Source: [Clostridium] scindens (GTDB lineage Bacteria > Bacillota > Clostridia > Lachnospirales > Lachnospiraceae). From it: a stretch of 32,000 nt of DNA. The translations under genes were made by a program, and so were the position numbers. The stretch lies in contig NZ_CP080442.1 of the NCBI RefSeq assembly GCF_019597925.1, positions 69,678 to 101,677 on the forward strand, read 5' to 3'. The notes beneath the pieces are model-generated. The model worked only from the letters and a program-made list of their open reading frames with translations, did not search any database and was not told the DNA's origin. Positions within the stretch are counted from its first letter, which is position 1, and each line of letters starts with the position of its first letter. Shown piece by piece: positions 1 through 8,607 of the stretch.

Positions 1-47
1 GCCATGCGTGTAAGCATAGGCAGGATTATGAAAGAGAGAAAGCAGAT

Positions 48-3000
48 ATGAAGCGAAGCAGTCTGTGGGGATGGATAACAGGAAAGGCAGCCTTAAAAAG
101 AATCATAGCCGCAGGCGCGGTGATCGTTGGCCTGCCCATCGTCTGGCATAGTTACCAGAACGGCGGAATATTCGACCCGGATAGTTATGCGAAAAACCAA
201 AAAGTACAGGATAACCAGGTTATTTTCCCGGAGGAGGATGAGTACAGCCAGGAAGACGGCGGGAAGGGAGACAGCGATCTGTGGGAGAAAGACCACAAGG
301 CAGAAGAGAAGCTGAACCCGGAAGATATGCCGGACTCCTCCATCCTGTTTGAAACGAAGGGAAAACTGGCGGAATTTGGAAGCGCCGATCAGATGACCTC
401 TGATGCGAACCAGCCAGGAGGCATTCCCGGAAGCCCGGACGGAGATGACGGGCCGACGATCCTGGTTCCGGGAGGGGACGGGAGTATCACAGTACCTGAC
501 GGAACATTTGGGCCAGATGGGAACCACAATGGGAACGGATCCGAAGGAAACGGAGGCGGGGATGATTCCCATCCATCCGTGGATCCTGATCCCATTATTC
601 CAGACCCGGATCCCAGGCCGGAACTGCCGCCCGACATCTATGAAGGATTAATTCCGGTAGAGACATTTCCGGATGGAGGAATATCAGGGGACGGCAGCAA
701 TGTGAAGATTACCTTAAGGCTCACTGAGGATATATATGAGACAAACCCCATCTATTACGGGGAGGTACTGGATGACTGGAAGCTGTTCTGTGCTGTCTGC
801 GTCTATGTGGATGTGGATAGCGGGGAAGGCATGTCAACAATATACCGGATAGAAGACTATAATGAGAACTTTAAAATCGGAAGTTTTCCCAAGGTGGCTA
901 AGGAAGACTTTTCCGTTGATTTTTACTTTCGGCCAAATAAAGGAAGCAAATGGCAGAAGGAAACCTGGAATTATAAGGTAAAGCCATTCAAAGTCATGTT
1001 CAGCGGATGGGAAGAGGGAACCTATTCATCACCGGCATGGTATCCACAGATCGGAGAGACCAGGAATCTACTGAATTACTATCCGGACGTACTTCCAGAA
1101 GAGTGGGTGGATATCCGGTCCCTTCCCATTGACCTGCCGGAAATGTTCCCGGGATGGTCGGAGACGCCGCAGGGCGAGCCGGTACCGCTGATATACGCTC
1201 CGATGCTTCCGGGACGTCATGTGCTGTATCCTCTGGAATTGGTTCCGGTACCGGAAGGAATGAGCGTCAGTATGGAAATGAACTGGAACTATTGGATGTG
1301 CCTGCAGACGCTGAATGAATATACCGGCAGCAGGGAGATGCTGGAGGTGCCGGATGGTATTGGAATGATTGACCTGTATGGGGTAAGCGTGGATGCGATC
1401 AAGATTCCCAGTTCCGTGCTGGAAGTGAACCTGGATGCTTTTGGGCTGGAGGTTAGCCAGTCTTACCAAGTGGATGAGGAGAATCCTAATTACGCTTCCT
1501 TTGAAGGCATGCTTCTTAACAAAGATAAGACGGTCCTATATGCGGTCCCGTCAGAAAAGAAGACGGTTACCGTACCGGAAACCGTGACATATGCGGAGAT
1601 ATCCAATAATGCGATCGAAGAGATGCATTTTCAGTCCGGCATGCCAATCAAACTGGAACTTGAAAACCTTCACGATGCGTCTCTATATGTTCCGGCGGAG
1701 GCGTATTTCACGTATCTTGCAGCCTGGGGAGACCGGCTTGGAAGCAACAGGCTTCTTCCGGATAATGGCGCTGATGCAGAGTTTATTATCCAAGACGGGG
1801 CGATCTTATCTAGAGATGGCAAGATTCTGTATGGGCTGCTGGATTCTGTGGGTGGCATCTATGCGGTTCCGGACAAAGTGGAGTACATAGAGGAAGGAGC
1901 ATTTGCAGGCAGCGCCAGCCTGTCTACAGTTATCCTGCCAGATAGCGTGAAGTCTCTGAATGCCCAGGCAATGACGGGCAGACAGATATCCTGTATTATC
2001 TGCCTGGGAGCTGAGCCGCCTGCTATTAAGGGGGACAGTTTTGATAATCTGGACGTTCTTCAAGTACAGGTTCCCAAAGGAGCCGGAGAATCTTATGTGG
2101 ACGCGTGGACGCAGGCGCTGGGCAGGGAGAAAGCTGAGGCGATCGTGACGGAGGCGTTCAATCAGATGGAGAGCAAGGATGGATATACTTATCTGACGCA
2201 GGAAGATGGGGCGGTTCTTCTGAAAGTGCCGGAGGATCTGGTGTACTTTAACGGAAATGAATTGCAGGATGTTACGATCAAGGAGATTGGAAGCAACGTA
2301 TTTTCCAATTGCGGACAGTTGCTGGTGGCAGAACTGCCAGAAAGCGTCAAAAGAATTGGCGAGGGCGCATTTGAAAAATGTAGAGAAATCCAGGGTATTG
2401 TAAGTTATTCCACCGATACGGTGACCGTGGGAGAGAATGCATTTGCAGGCTGCAGCAAGTTAAGGTTCCTGGCATTCAATGCTGCTTCGGCCACCTTTGA
2501 AAATGAATATTGGCCAGGAGGAGGCATGAAATACTGCGTACCGGAGGGGGCAAGCGGATATAACGGCAATCATGTGCCGCCAGGCTGTGCTTCATATTTC
2601 CTGGAAAGCCAGAATGAAGGCCGGCTGCTTTATGGAGAGGATGAAGAAGGCAGGTATCTGCTAGCCGCTACCGATAATATTACAGGAGAGGTGCTGTTGC
2701 TGCCCGATACCTTGGAGATTGACGACGAAGCCATGTCTGGCTGCGGAGAATCATTTACCTTAGATTCGGCAGGGATGGCAAGGCTGCGCTATATAGGGGA
2801 TTATGCCTTCATGGATTCCGGGGTGACCGGGGATATCATACTTCCAGATACGCTAAGATATCTCGGCGGTTATACGTTCTATGGATGTACAGGCATCTCA
2901 TCCATCCATATAGATGGCCCTCTTGACTGGTACAAGAATGAATTTCATGGCCCGGAACTTAGAAGCAGCGTATTTTCGGGGTGTACAAATCTGGAAACAG

Positions 3001-3683
3001 TGACCTTTGGAAGCGAATGCGGAGTGAAAACGATCGGAGAAGAAGCATTCTGGAATACGGCGCTGAAGTCTATCGACCTTCCGGAAGGAGTCACAGGCCT
3101 TCTTTCAGGCGCGTTTGGCTGTACACAATTGACAGAGATCAAGATTCCCGCCAATATGGAAAATATATATTACTCCGTCTTTGATAGCTGCTCGAAACTT
3201 AAAAAAGTAGAGTTTAGCAGTGACATTCCGCCAAGCCTGATCCTATATGGGGTAGGATATGGATATCTCTTTGGCATGGATCTGCCGGATGACTTCCGTA
3301 TTGTGCTATCAGGAAATGCGGCTGGAAAAGAGGAAGCCTATATTGAGGCATGGAAATATGCTATGATAGGCTACGGAGCGGATGATCAGAATGAACTGTC
3401 GCAAGACCAGATAAGAGAAGGCGAGAATATCGTGCGGAGACTGCTGGGGCTTGAGGCGGCGCGCATTGAGGCGGCTCCTGCACCGGTAGCGCCGGATGCC
3501 ATGCCAGCGCAGGAAGAAGAGAACGAGAGCGAAGATGCCGGGGGCGAGCCGCAGATTGACGATGTACAAGACAAGGCGGAAGATGCTGGAACCGGCAATG
3601 GGAACGCCGGGACAGATGCAGAGGCCGACCATGCAGAGCCGGAGTCCGGCAAGGCAGAGAATGAGGGGGAAGAAGAGTTATGA
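48..3683 (+). CDS. Large membrane-anchored surface protein with BspA-type leucine-rich repeats, a Pro/Asp/Gly-rich N-terminal linker and an acidic C-terminal tail
   Basis: 1211-aa ORF. N-terminal hydrophobic anchor (AALKRIIAAGAVIVGLPIVW). Repeated LRR_5-like units (IGEGAFEKCREIQGI; IGDYAFMDSGVTGDIILPDTLRYLGGYTFYGCTGISSIHI; IGEEAFWNTALKSIDLPEGV). No LPXTG motif seen. The stop overlaps the next start (ATGA at 3680-3683). Confidence 0.8.
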   Translation: MKRSSLWGWITGKAALKRIIAAGAVIVGLPIVWHSYQNGGIFDPDSYAKNQKVQDNQVIFPEEDEYSQEDGGKGDSDLWEKDHKAEEKLNPEDMPDSSILFETKGKLAEFGSADQMTSDANQPGGIPGSPDGDDGPTILVPGGDGSITVPDGTFGPDGNHNGNGSEGNGGGDDSHPSVDPDPIIPDPDPRPELPPDIYEGLIPVETFPDGGISGDGSNVKITLRLTEDIYETNPIYYGEVLDDWKLFCAVCVYVDVDSGEGMSTIYRIEDYNENFKIGSFPKVAKEDFSVDFYFRPNKGSKWQKETWNYKVKPFKVMFSGWEEGTYSSPAWYPQIGETRNLLNYYPDVLPEEWVDIRSLPIDLPEMFPGWSETPQGEPVPLIYAPMLPGRHVLYPLELVPVPEGMSVSMEMNWNYWMCLQTLNEYTGSREMLEVPDGIGMIDLYGVSVDAIKIPSSVLEVNLDAFGLEVSQSYQVDEENPNYASFEGMLLNKDKTVLYAVPSEKKTVTVPETVTYAEISNNAIEEMHFQSGMPIKLELENLHDASLYVPAEAYFTYLAAWGDRLGSNRLLPDNGADAEFIIQDGAILSRDGKILYGLLDSVGGIYAVPDKVEYIEEGAFAGSASLSTVILPDSVKSLNAQAMTGRQISCIICLGAEPPAIKGDSFDNLDVLQVQVPKGAGESYVDAWTQALGREKAEAIVTEAFNQMESKDGYTYLTQEDGAVLLKVPEDLVYFNGNELQDVTIKEIGSNVFSNCGQLLVAELPESVKRIGEGAFEKCREIQGIVSYSTDTVTVGENAFAGCSKLRFLAFNAASATFENEYWPGGGMKYCVPEGASGYNGNHVPPGCASYFLESQNEGRLLYGEDEEGRYLLAATDNITGEVLLLPDTLEIDDEAMSGCGESFTLDSAGMARLRYIGDYAFMDSGVTGDIILPDTLRYLGGYTFYGCTGISSIHIDGPLDWYKNEFHGPELRSSVFSGCTNLETVTFGSECGVKTIGEEAFWNTALKSIDLPEGVTGLLSGAFGCTQLTEIKIPANMENIYYSVFDSCSKLKKVEFSSDIPPSLILYGVGYGYLFGMDLPDDFRIVLSGNAAGKEEAYIEAWKYAMIGYGADDQNELSQDQIREGENIVRRLLGLEAARIEAAPAPVAPDAMPAQEEENESEDAGGEPQIDDVQDKAEDAGTGNGNAGTDAEADHAEPESGKAENEGEEEL

Positions 3684-4633
3684 TTATCGAACAGTCGGAA
3701 CATATTGTCCGGGAAGTCAGGAAGGCTTTTATCGGAAAAGACGAGATTATAAAGAAGGTGCTGATGACGATATACGCCGGAGGCCACATTCTTCTGGAAG
3801 ATTCTCCGGGGGTGGGAAAGACCGCTCTGGCGCTGGCGTTTTCCAGAGCCATTGGACTGGATTATAAGAGAATCCAGTTTACGACGGATACGCTTCCGTC
3901 GGATATTACCGGGTTTACTATGTTCAACCGGCAGGCCAATGAGTTTGTATATCATGAAGGCGCGGCAAACTGCAACCTTCTGCTGGCGGATGAGATCAAC
4001 CGTACTTCGCCGAAGACGCAGGCAGCCCTTCTGGAGGCCATGGAGGAGAATAATGTTACCGTAGATGGAGTGACCCATATGCTGCCTTCGCCGTTTATCT
4101 GCATCGCGACCCAGAACCCTTTTGGAACGTCAGGCACCCAGCCGCTGCCGGAATCTCAGATGGACCGTTTCATGACAAGGCTGTCTATCGGGTATCCGTC
4201 AGCCGAAGATCAGATGCAGATCCTGAAGGCGCACCGGTACGCCAACCCACTGGAAGACATTCAGGTGGTGGCAACCAGAGAAAATATCCTGGAGGTCAGG
4301 AATTATCTGTCCTCCGTGCGGCTAAACGATGATATGCTCCGCTATATTATAAAACTGTGTGAAGAGACCCGGCAGCTTCCACTGGTGGAACTGGGCATCA
4401 GTCCCCGTGGAGTGCAGGCGTTGACGAGGATGTCCAAGGCTCATGCGATTCTGCATGAAAGAGGCTATGTTGTTCCGGAAGACGTGCAGGCTGTCTTTGT
4501 AGACGTGTGTGCCCATCGTCTGGTACTGAGGCCTCAGGCCAGGGTAGAAGGCGTGACGGAGCGTGATCTTTTGGCGGATATCCTCAAAAGATTCCAGGCG
4601 CCTGCAATGAATAAGAGGTGGAAGAATGAATAA
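3680..4633 (+). CDS. MoxR-family AAA+ ATPase
   Basis: 317 aa. Walker A (SPGVGKTALA), Walker B (LLLADEINR) and the typical MoxR C-terminal region (ISPRGVQAL...AHAILHERGYVVPEDV). Overlaps both neighbouring genes. Confidence 0.9.
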   Translation: MIIEQSEHIVREVRKAFIGKDEIIKKVLMTIYAGGHILLEDSPGVGKTALALAFSRAIGLDYKRIQFTTDTLPSDITGFTMFNRQANEFVYHEGAANCNLLLADEINRTSPKTQAALLEAMEENNVTVDGVTHMLPSPFICIATQNPFGTSGTQPLPESQMDRFMTRLSIGYPSAEDQMQILKAHRYANPLEDIQVVATRENILEVRNYLSSVRLNDDMLRYIIKLCEETRQLPLVELGISPRGVQALTRMSKAHAILHERGYVVPEDVQAVFVDVCAHRLVLRPQARVEGVTERDLLADILKRFQAPAMNKRWKNE

Positions 4634-5798
4634 AAGCCGGAAGATATATGGGAGTATCTTTCTCTTCTCCCTTTTCATCCTCCTTCTGTCCGGCAGCCGG
4701 TATGTCTTAGCGGCAGTGGCAGCAGAGGCCGCCCTTTTGCTCTTGCTAAGGATACTTCTGTCTGTTGATGCAAAAGGCATCCAGCTAATGCAGAAAATGC
4801 AAACGGCATGCGTTGCCGGACAGGAACTGGAGATATCTATGGAGGCACTTTCGAAAAGGCGGCTTAGGGCAGCCGGAATTCTGGAAGTTACTATGGCATA
4901 CCGTAATGTGCTGTTTGGGTTTACAGGGAGGCAGCAGATTCAGATTCCCCTTGCAGGCAGACAGGAATCCTTTCTGATACCGTTTGGCTCTGAACTGTGC
5001 GGGGAAGTGCATGTGAAGGTAGAAAAGGCTGTCTGCTATGACCTTTTCGGCCTGTGCAGGGCGGAATTGGAATGTCCGGGCGAGCAGATGCTGACGGTGC
5101 ATCCCGGGAAGGTGCCGATACGCCTGCTGCTCAAGCGGCAGCCCCAGGGATATCTGGAAGGGGAACAGTATTATCAGAGCCGGAAGGGCAATGATGTAAG
5201 CGAGGTCTTTGACTTGAGGGAATATTACCCGGGAGATGACATCCGCTCAATTCACTGGAAACTGTCCAGCAAGATGGATTCTGTGATTGTCAGGGAAGGA
5301 AGCGACACGTCCCATTATGATACGATTCTTCTATTTGATGCCGGGCTTGGAGGCAAAGAGAAGCAGTGGGATAAGAAAGTATTGTCATCTGCCGTAGAAC
5401 TGGGGATCTCTGTAAGCGGCAGGCTAATTGAGCTGGGAATACCCCATTATATAGGAATACCGGCAGGGGACAGGATTTTGCGGCTTCAAGTGTCAGATCG
5501 TGCGGATTATCTGCAGATGATAGATATCTGGATGGGGATCACTCTTCCAAAGAAGAGCGGAATAGTACTCCAGAACTTTCTGATTGAGAAAATGCAGAAG
5601 GAGTATACAAAGCTTATCTATGTTGCGGTGGGAGAATATTCGGAAGAATTATTCCAGATGGAAGGGGAACTGGACATGACGGCAATATGCCTGCAGGAGA
5701 ACGGCGATCAGGTGGGACTGACGCAGAGAGGCTCAAGCCAGCTGGTGGAACTTCCCTATGATCTGCTGTACAGCCATCCTCATAATATATCTATATAA
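4626..5798 (+). CDS. DUF58 domain-containing protein (MoxR partner)
   Basis: 390 aa. N-terminal TM segment. DUF58 signature REYYPGDDIRSIHWKLSSK. 8-nt overlap with the MoxR gene. Confidence 0.85.
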   Translation: MNKSRKIYGSIFLFSLFILLLSGSRYVLAAVAAEAALLLLLRILLSVDAKGIQLMQKMQTACVAGQELEISMEALSKRRLRAAGILEVTMAYRNVLFGFTGRQQIQIPLAGRQESFLIPFGSELCGEVHVKVEKAVCYDLFGLCRAELECPGEQMLTVHPGKVPIRLLLKRQPQGYLEGEQYYQSRKGNDVSEVFDLREYYPGDDIRSIHWKLSSKMDSVIVREGSDTSHYDTILLFDAGLGGKEKQWDKKVLSSAVELGISVSGRLIELGIPHYIGIPAGDRILRLQVSDRADYLQMIDIWMGITLPKKSGIVLQNFLIEKMQKEYTKLIYVAVGEYSEELFQMEGELDMTAICLQENGDQVGLTQRGSSQLVELPYDLLYSHPHNISI

Positions 5799-5850
5799 CA
5801 AGAATCCTTCCTCAAAGGATCATGAAGGATAGCAAAGGAGAGACATTAAG

Positions 5851-8181
5851 ATGCGCATGCGAAACCAGGAGGATGCGGTAAAAAGAATAGAACTGAAAAG
5901 CGCATCCAAGAGCATGCAGGCAGAAAGACTGTGGCAGTTTCTCCTGGCGGCGCTTCTTTTGATAGGAATGCTTAGATCCTACCTGGACTGCGTGACGCTT
6001 AGCGGAATGCATGCGTGGATACTTTCTGTTGCAGGAGGCGCTGCGCTTCTGTGCTGCGCCGTATTATCATCTCACCCAAGGACAAGCGCATATGCAACGC
6101 TTCCGCCTGTGGCGGCCGGAGTGATCTGGACTGTCATATCTGGAATCAGGGAGGTATATGGCGGCTTTCTGGGAGTGATGAATTATCTGATCAGCTGGTG
6201 GAATCTAAGATATGATGACGGGAAGAATCTGTTTCAGGGAGAAACGATCACTCAGCAAGGAATAGAGGCATTTTCCGTAGTAATGATCCTAGCGGTTACG
6301 GCGGTCGTGTGGGAGATGGTGCAAAAAAGGAGGAGCGTCCTGTCCGGAATTCTTTTGATGCTATATCTGGCTCCTGGCCTCATATTAGGCTATTTGTCTA
6401 CAGTGACTGCCTCCATTTTGCTGACGGCCGGGGTCGGGATGTGGCTTCACCGGATTCAGGGAGGCAGGCAGTTGCAGAGAGGATTGTGGACAGCTGGTCT
6501 GGGAATCCTATTCTTTGCGTTAGCGGTTTGCGTAGGAGGAGAAAGCCTGAAGGGAATCGAGCATTTCCGCAAGGAAAGCGCCCGTCAGATCCGGGACATG
6601 CGGTTTGGCGAAGATTCGCTGCCGGAAGGCAATATGTATAGGGCGGATTCTATGCTTGACGGGGATGAGGAGACATTGGAGGTTGCAACAAGGCAAGTGA
6701 AGTCCATGTATCTTCGCGGCTTCGTAGGGGGCTGCTATGAAGAAGGGATCTGGACGCCGCTTAAGAATTCCGCGTTTGGCGGAGAAAATGCGGGAATGAT
6801 GGGATGGCTCAAGAAACAGGGGTTCTATACAGCAAGCCAGTATTTCGCCTATGCCAGTATAAAAGAGCAGGAGGAGATTCCGAAGAACCAGGTAGAGATT
6901 AAAAATATCGGCGCGCGCAGAAACTATATTTACATGCCTTATTCCGCACAAAGGCCGAAGAAGACGCAGGCTCATCAGGAGCAGGATGCGAATTTCCAGT
7001 CATCCAGCTTCCTTGGAAGCAGGGAGTATGCCTATTCAGAGCGGTCAGAAAATATTCCGGCAGAATTGCTTCATGTATCAGGCTGGGTGTCCAGCCCTTC
7101 CGGGAAAGAAGAAAAAGCCTACCAGGAAGAGGAAGCAGTCTATCGCAGTTTCGTGTACGAGAATTATCTGGACGTGGATGATTCCCTGGTGGGCTTGATG
7201 GACTTCCTGTTCTGGGCCGATGCAAAGCCGGAGGAGAAGGATGGCATCTATACGTCTACCGACAGGATACGGACCATTTTAAGAGAAATGACATCTTATA
7301 AAGCGAATCCGGAAGCAGTGCCGGAAGGAGAAGAGCCCGTGCGCTGGTTTCTTACGGAAGGGCGGCAGGGAAATGCGGCGCTATATGCCACCACTGCGGT
7401 GCAGGCGTATCGTGCAAACGGGATACCGGCCAGGTATGCGGAAGGCTATCTGCTTAAGGAAGCGGAAGTGGCGGATTCCAAGAATGGAAAAGTCACGCTT
7501 ACCAGCCAGGACAGCCATGCCTGGGCGGAAGTCTATACGGATGGCATCGGCTGGGTCCCGATTGATGTGACGCCGGGATTCTATTATGATACATATGCGT
7601 TGATGGAAATGGTACAGAAGCCTCAGGGAATCCAGCAGACGGCTGCCGTGGAAGATACGGAAAATGATGCGGATCAGGTTAATGACAAAGGTCAGAAAGG
7701 GACGGAGGAGGAAAAGGACAAGACTTCCGAAACCATTCTTCAGGCTGTGCTGGGGGCAGGGGTCATGGTGCTGATCGTTATAACGGCTCTGATCATATTT
7801 TTGGAGAGCCGGCGCTATCTATGTCTGAGGAGACTGGCTCGGAATTACCGGGATGCCGGGGAGGAAGGCAAGGCGCGCATTCTGTGCCATGCAGTCATCG
7901 AATTTCTGCGTATGGCTGGGATAGAAGCAATTCCCGGGTGGCAGGCGGAGGAGACGGAACAGGCATTGACGGAACTTGTGCCGGCCTTTCAGGAGGGAGA
8001 ATACATTAGGGTCAGCCATCTGATAGAAAAGCATATCTATGGAGACGAGGAATTGCGGGCACATGAGAAGAGAGCCCTGGCGAGTTTCATTGAAAAGATG
8101 AACAGGGAGAGGAAGAGATTAAAACTGCAAAGGCGGCTTCGCATTCGCTATTGCAGATGGCGCATAAAGCAAAAGATATAG
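5851..8181 (+). CDS. Polytopic membrane protein with a transglutaminase-like core domain (YebA-like); the catalytic Cys position appears to be replaced by Ala
   Basis: 776 aa. Several N-terminal TM helices and one C-terminal TM. Core motif GNAALYATTAVQAYRANGIPARYAEGY...SHAWAEVYTDGIGWVPIDVTPG. RBS AAAGGAG lies upstream. Confidence 0.8.
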   Translation: MRMRNQEDAVKRIELKSASKSMQAERLWQFLLAALLLIGMLRSYLDCVTLSGMHAWILSVAGGAALLCCAVLSSHPRTSAYATLPPVAAGVIWTVISGIREVYGGFLGVMNYLISWWNLRYDDGKNLFQGETITQQGIEAFSVVMILAVTAVVWEMVQKRRSVLSGILLMLYLAPGLILGYLSTVTASILLTAGVGMWLHRIQGGRQLQRGLWTAGLGILFFALAVCVGGESLKGIEHFRKESARQIRDMRFGEDSLPEGNMYRADSMLDGDEETLEVATRQVKSMYLRGFVGGCYEEGIWTPLKNSAFGGENAGMMGWLKKQGFYTASQYFAYASIKEQEEIPKNQVEIKNIGARRNYIYMPYSAQRPKKTQAHQEQDANFQSSSFLGSREYAYSERSENIPAELLHVSGWVSSPSGKEEKAYQEEEAVYRSFVYENYLDVDDSLVGLMDFLFWADAKPEEKDGIYTSTDRIRTILREMTSYKANPEAVPEGEEPVRWFLTEGRQGNAALYATTAVQAYRANGIPARYAEGYLLKEAEVADSKNGKVTLTSQDSHAWAEVYTDGIGWVPIDVTPGFYYDTYALMEMVQKPQGIQQTAAVEDTENDADQVNDKGQKGTEEEKDKTSETILQAVLGAGVMVLIVITALIIFLESRRYLCLRRLARNYRDAGEEGKARILCHAVIEFLRMAGIEAIPGWQAEETEQALTELVPAFQEGEYIRVSHLIEKHIYGDEELRAHEKRALASFIEKMNRERKRLKLQRRLRIRYCRWRIKQKI

Positions 8182-8191
8182 GCGCAATCCC

Positions 8192-8221
8192 TTGACAGTT
8201 CGGGCTATGTTATGCTACGAT
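8192..8221 (+). promoter_or_regulatory. Candidate sigma-A promoter for the T-box leader and metG
   Basis: TTGACA at 8192-8197, then an 18-nt spacer, then an extended -10 TGCTACGAT (TACGAT at 8216-8221). Confidence 0.5.
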
Positions 8222-8227
8222 TTTTAG

Positions 8228-8550
8228 TACGAATTATATGCAAACGCAGTGACGAAGAGAGTACGTGGTAGGAAGTCCTACAGAGAAGTCCCCGGATTCC
8301 GGACAGGAACAGGCTGAGAGGGATGGGCGAAATACGGCGGAAGATGGCTTCCAAGCGGTGCAGTCGATAGGCTACATATAGTTAGTCCAGGTAGGCTGCA
8401 AAGGGTCCGCCCTTTAACGCGGTAGGGTGTATCTTAATGCACCTGCTAAGGCTTCCTGCCGCGAGGCAGAAGCGAACAGAAGTGGTAACGCGGGTTAGTC
8501 TCGTCTTCTCCGATTTTTCTTATCAAGAAGAATCGGAGATTTTTTTTCTT
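8228..8550 (+). promoter_or_regulatory. T-box riboswitch leader, probably with a Met specifier, controlling metG
   Basis: Stem I start GACGAAGAGAGTACG (AGAGA/AGTA boxes) and GCTGAGAG. Conserved T-box sequence AGTGGTAACGCGGG at about 8481-8494. Terminator hairpin TCTCCGATT/AATCGGAGA plus a T8 run at 8507-8548. Candidate AUG specifiers at 8323-8325 and 8344-8346. Confidence 0.85.
8507..8548 (+). terminator. Intrinsic terminator of the T-box leader (attenuator)
   Basis: 9-bp stem TCTCCGATT ... AATCGGAGA followed by TTTTTTTT. Confidence 0.8.
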
Positions 8551-8607
8551 CATGGAGAACTGCAGCGTGTGCATATATCAGCAAAGAGGACAAGGAGAGG
8601 ATTAGAA

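Noticed and set aside
8437-8607. ORF-track start at 8437 for metG (694 aa).
   Set aside because: The extension would be translated across the T-box sequence and its terminator. The conserved MetRS N-terminus and a good RBS begin at 8608.
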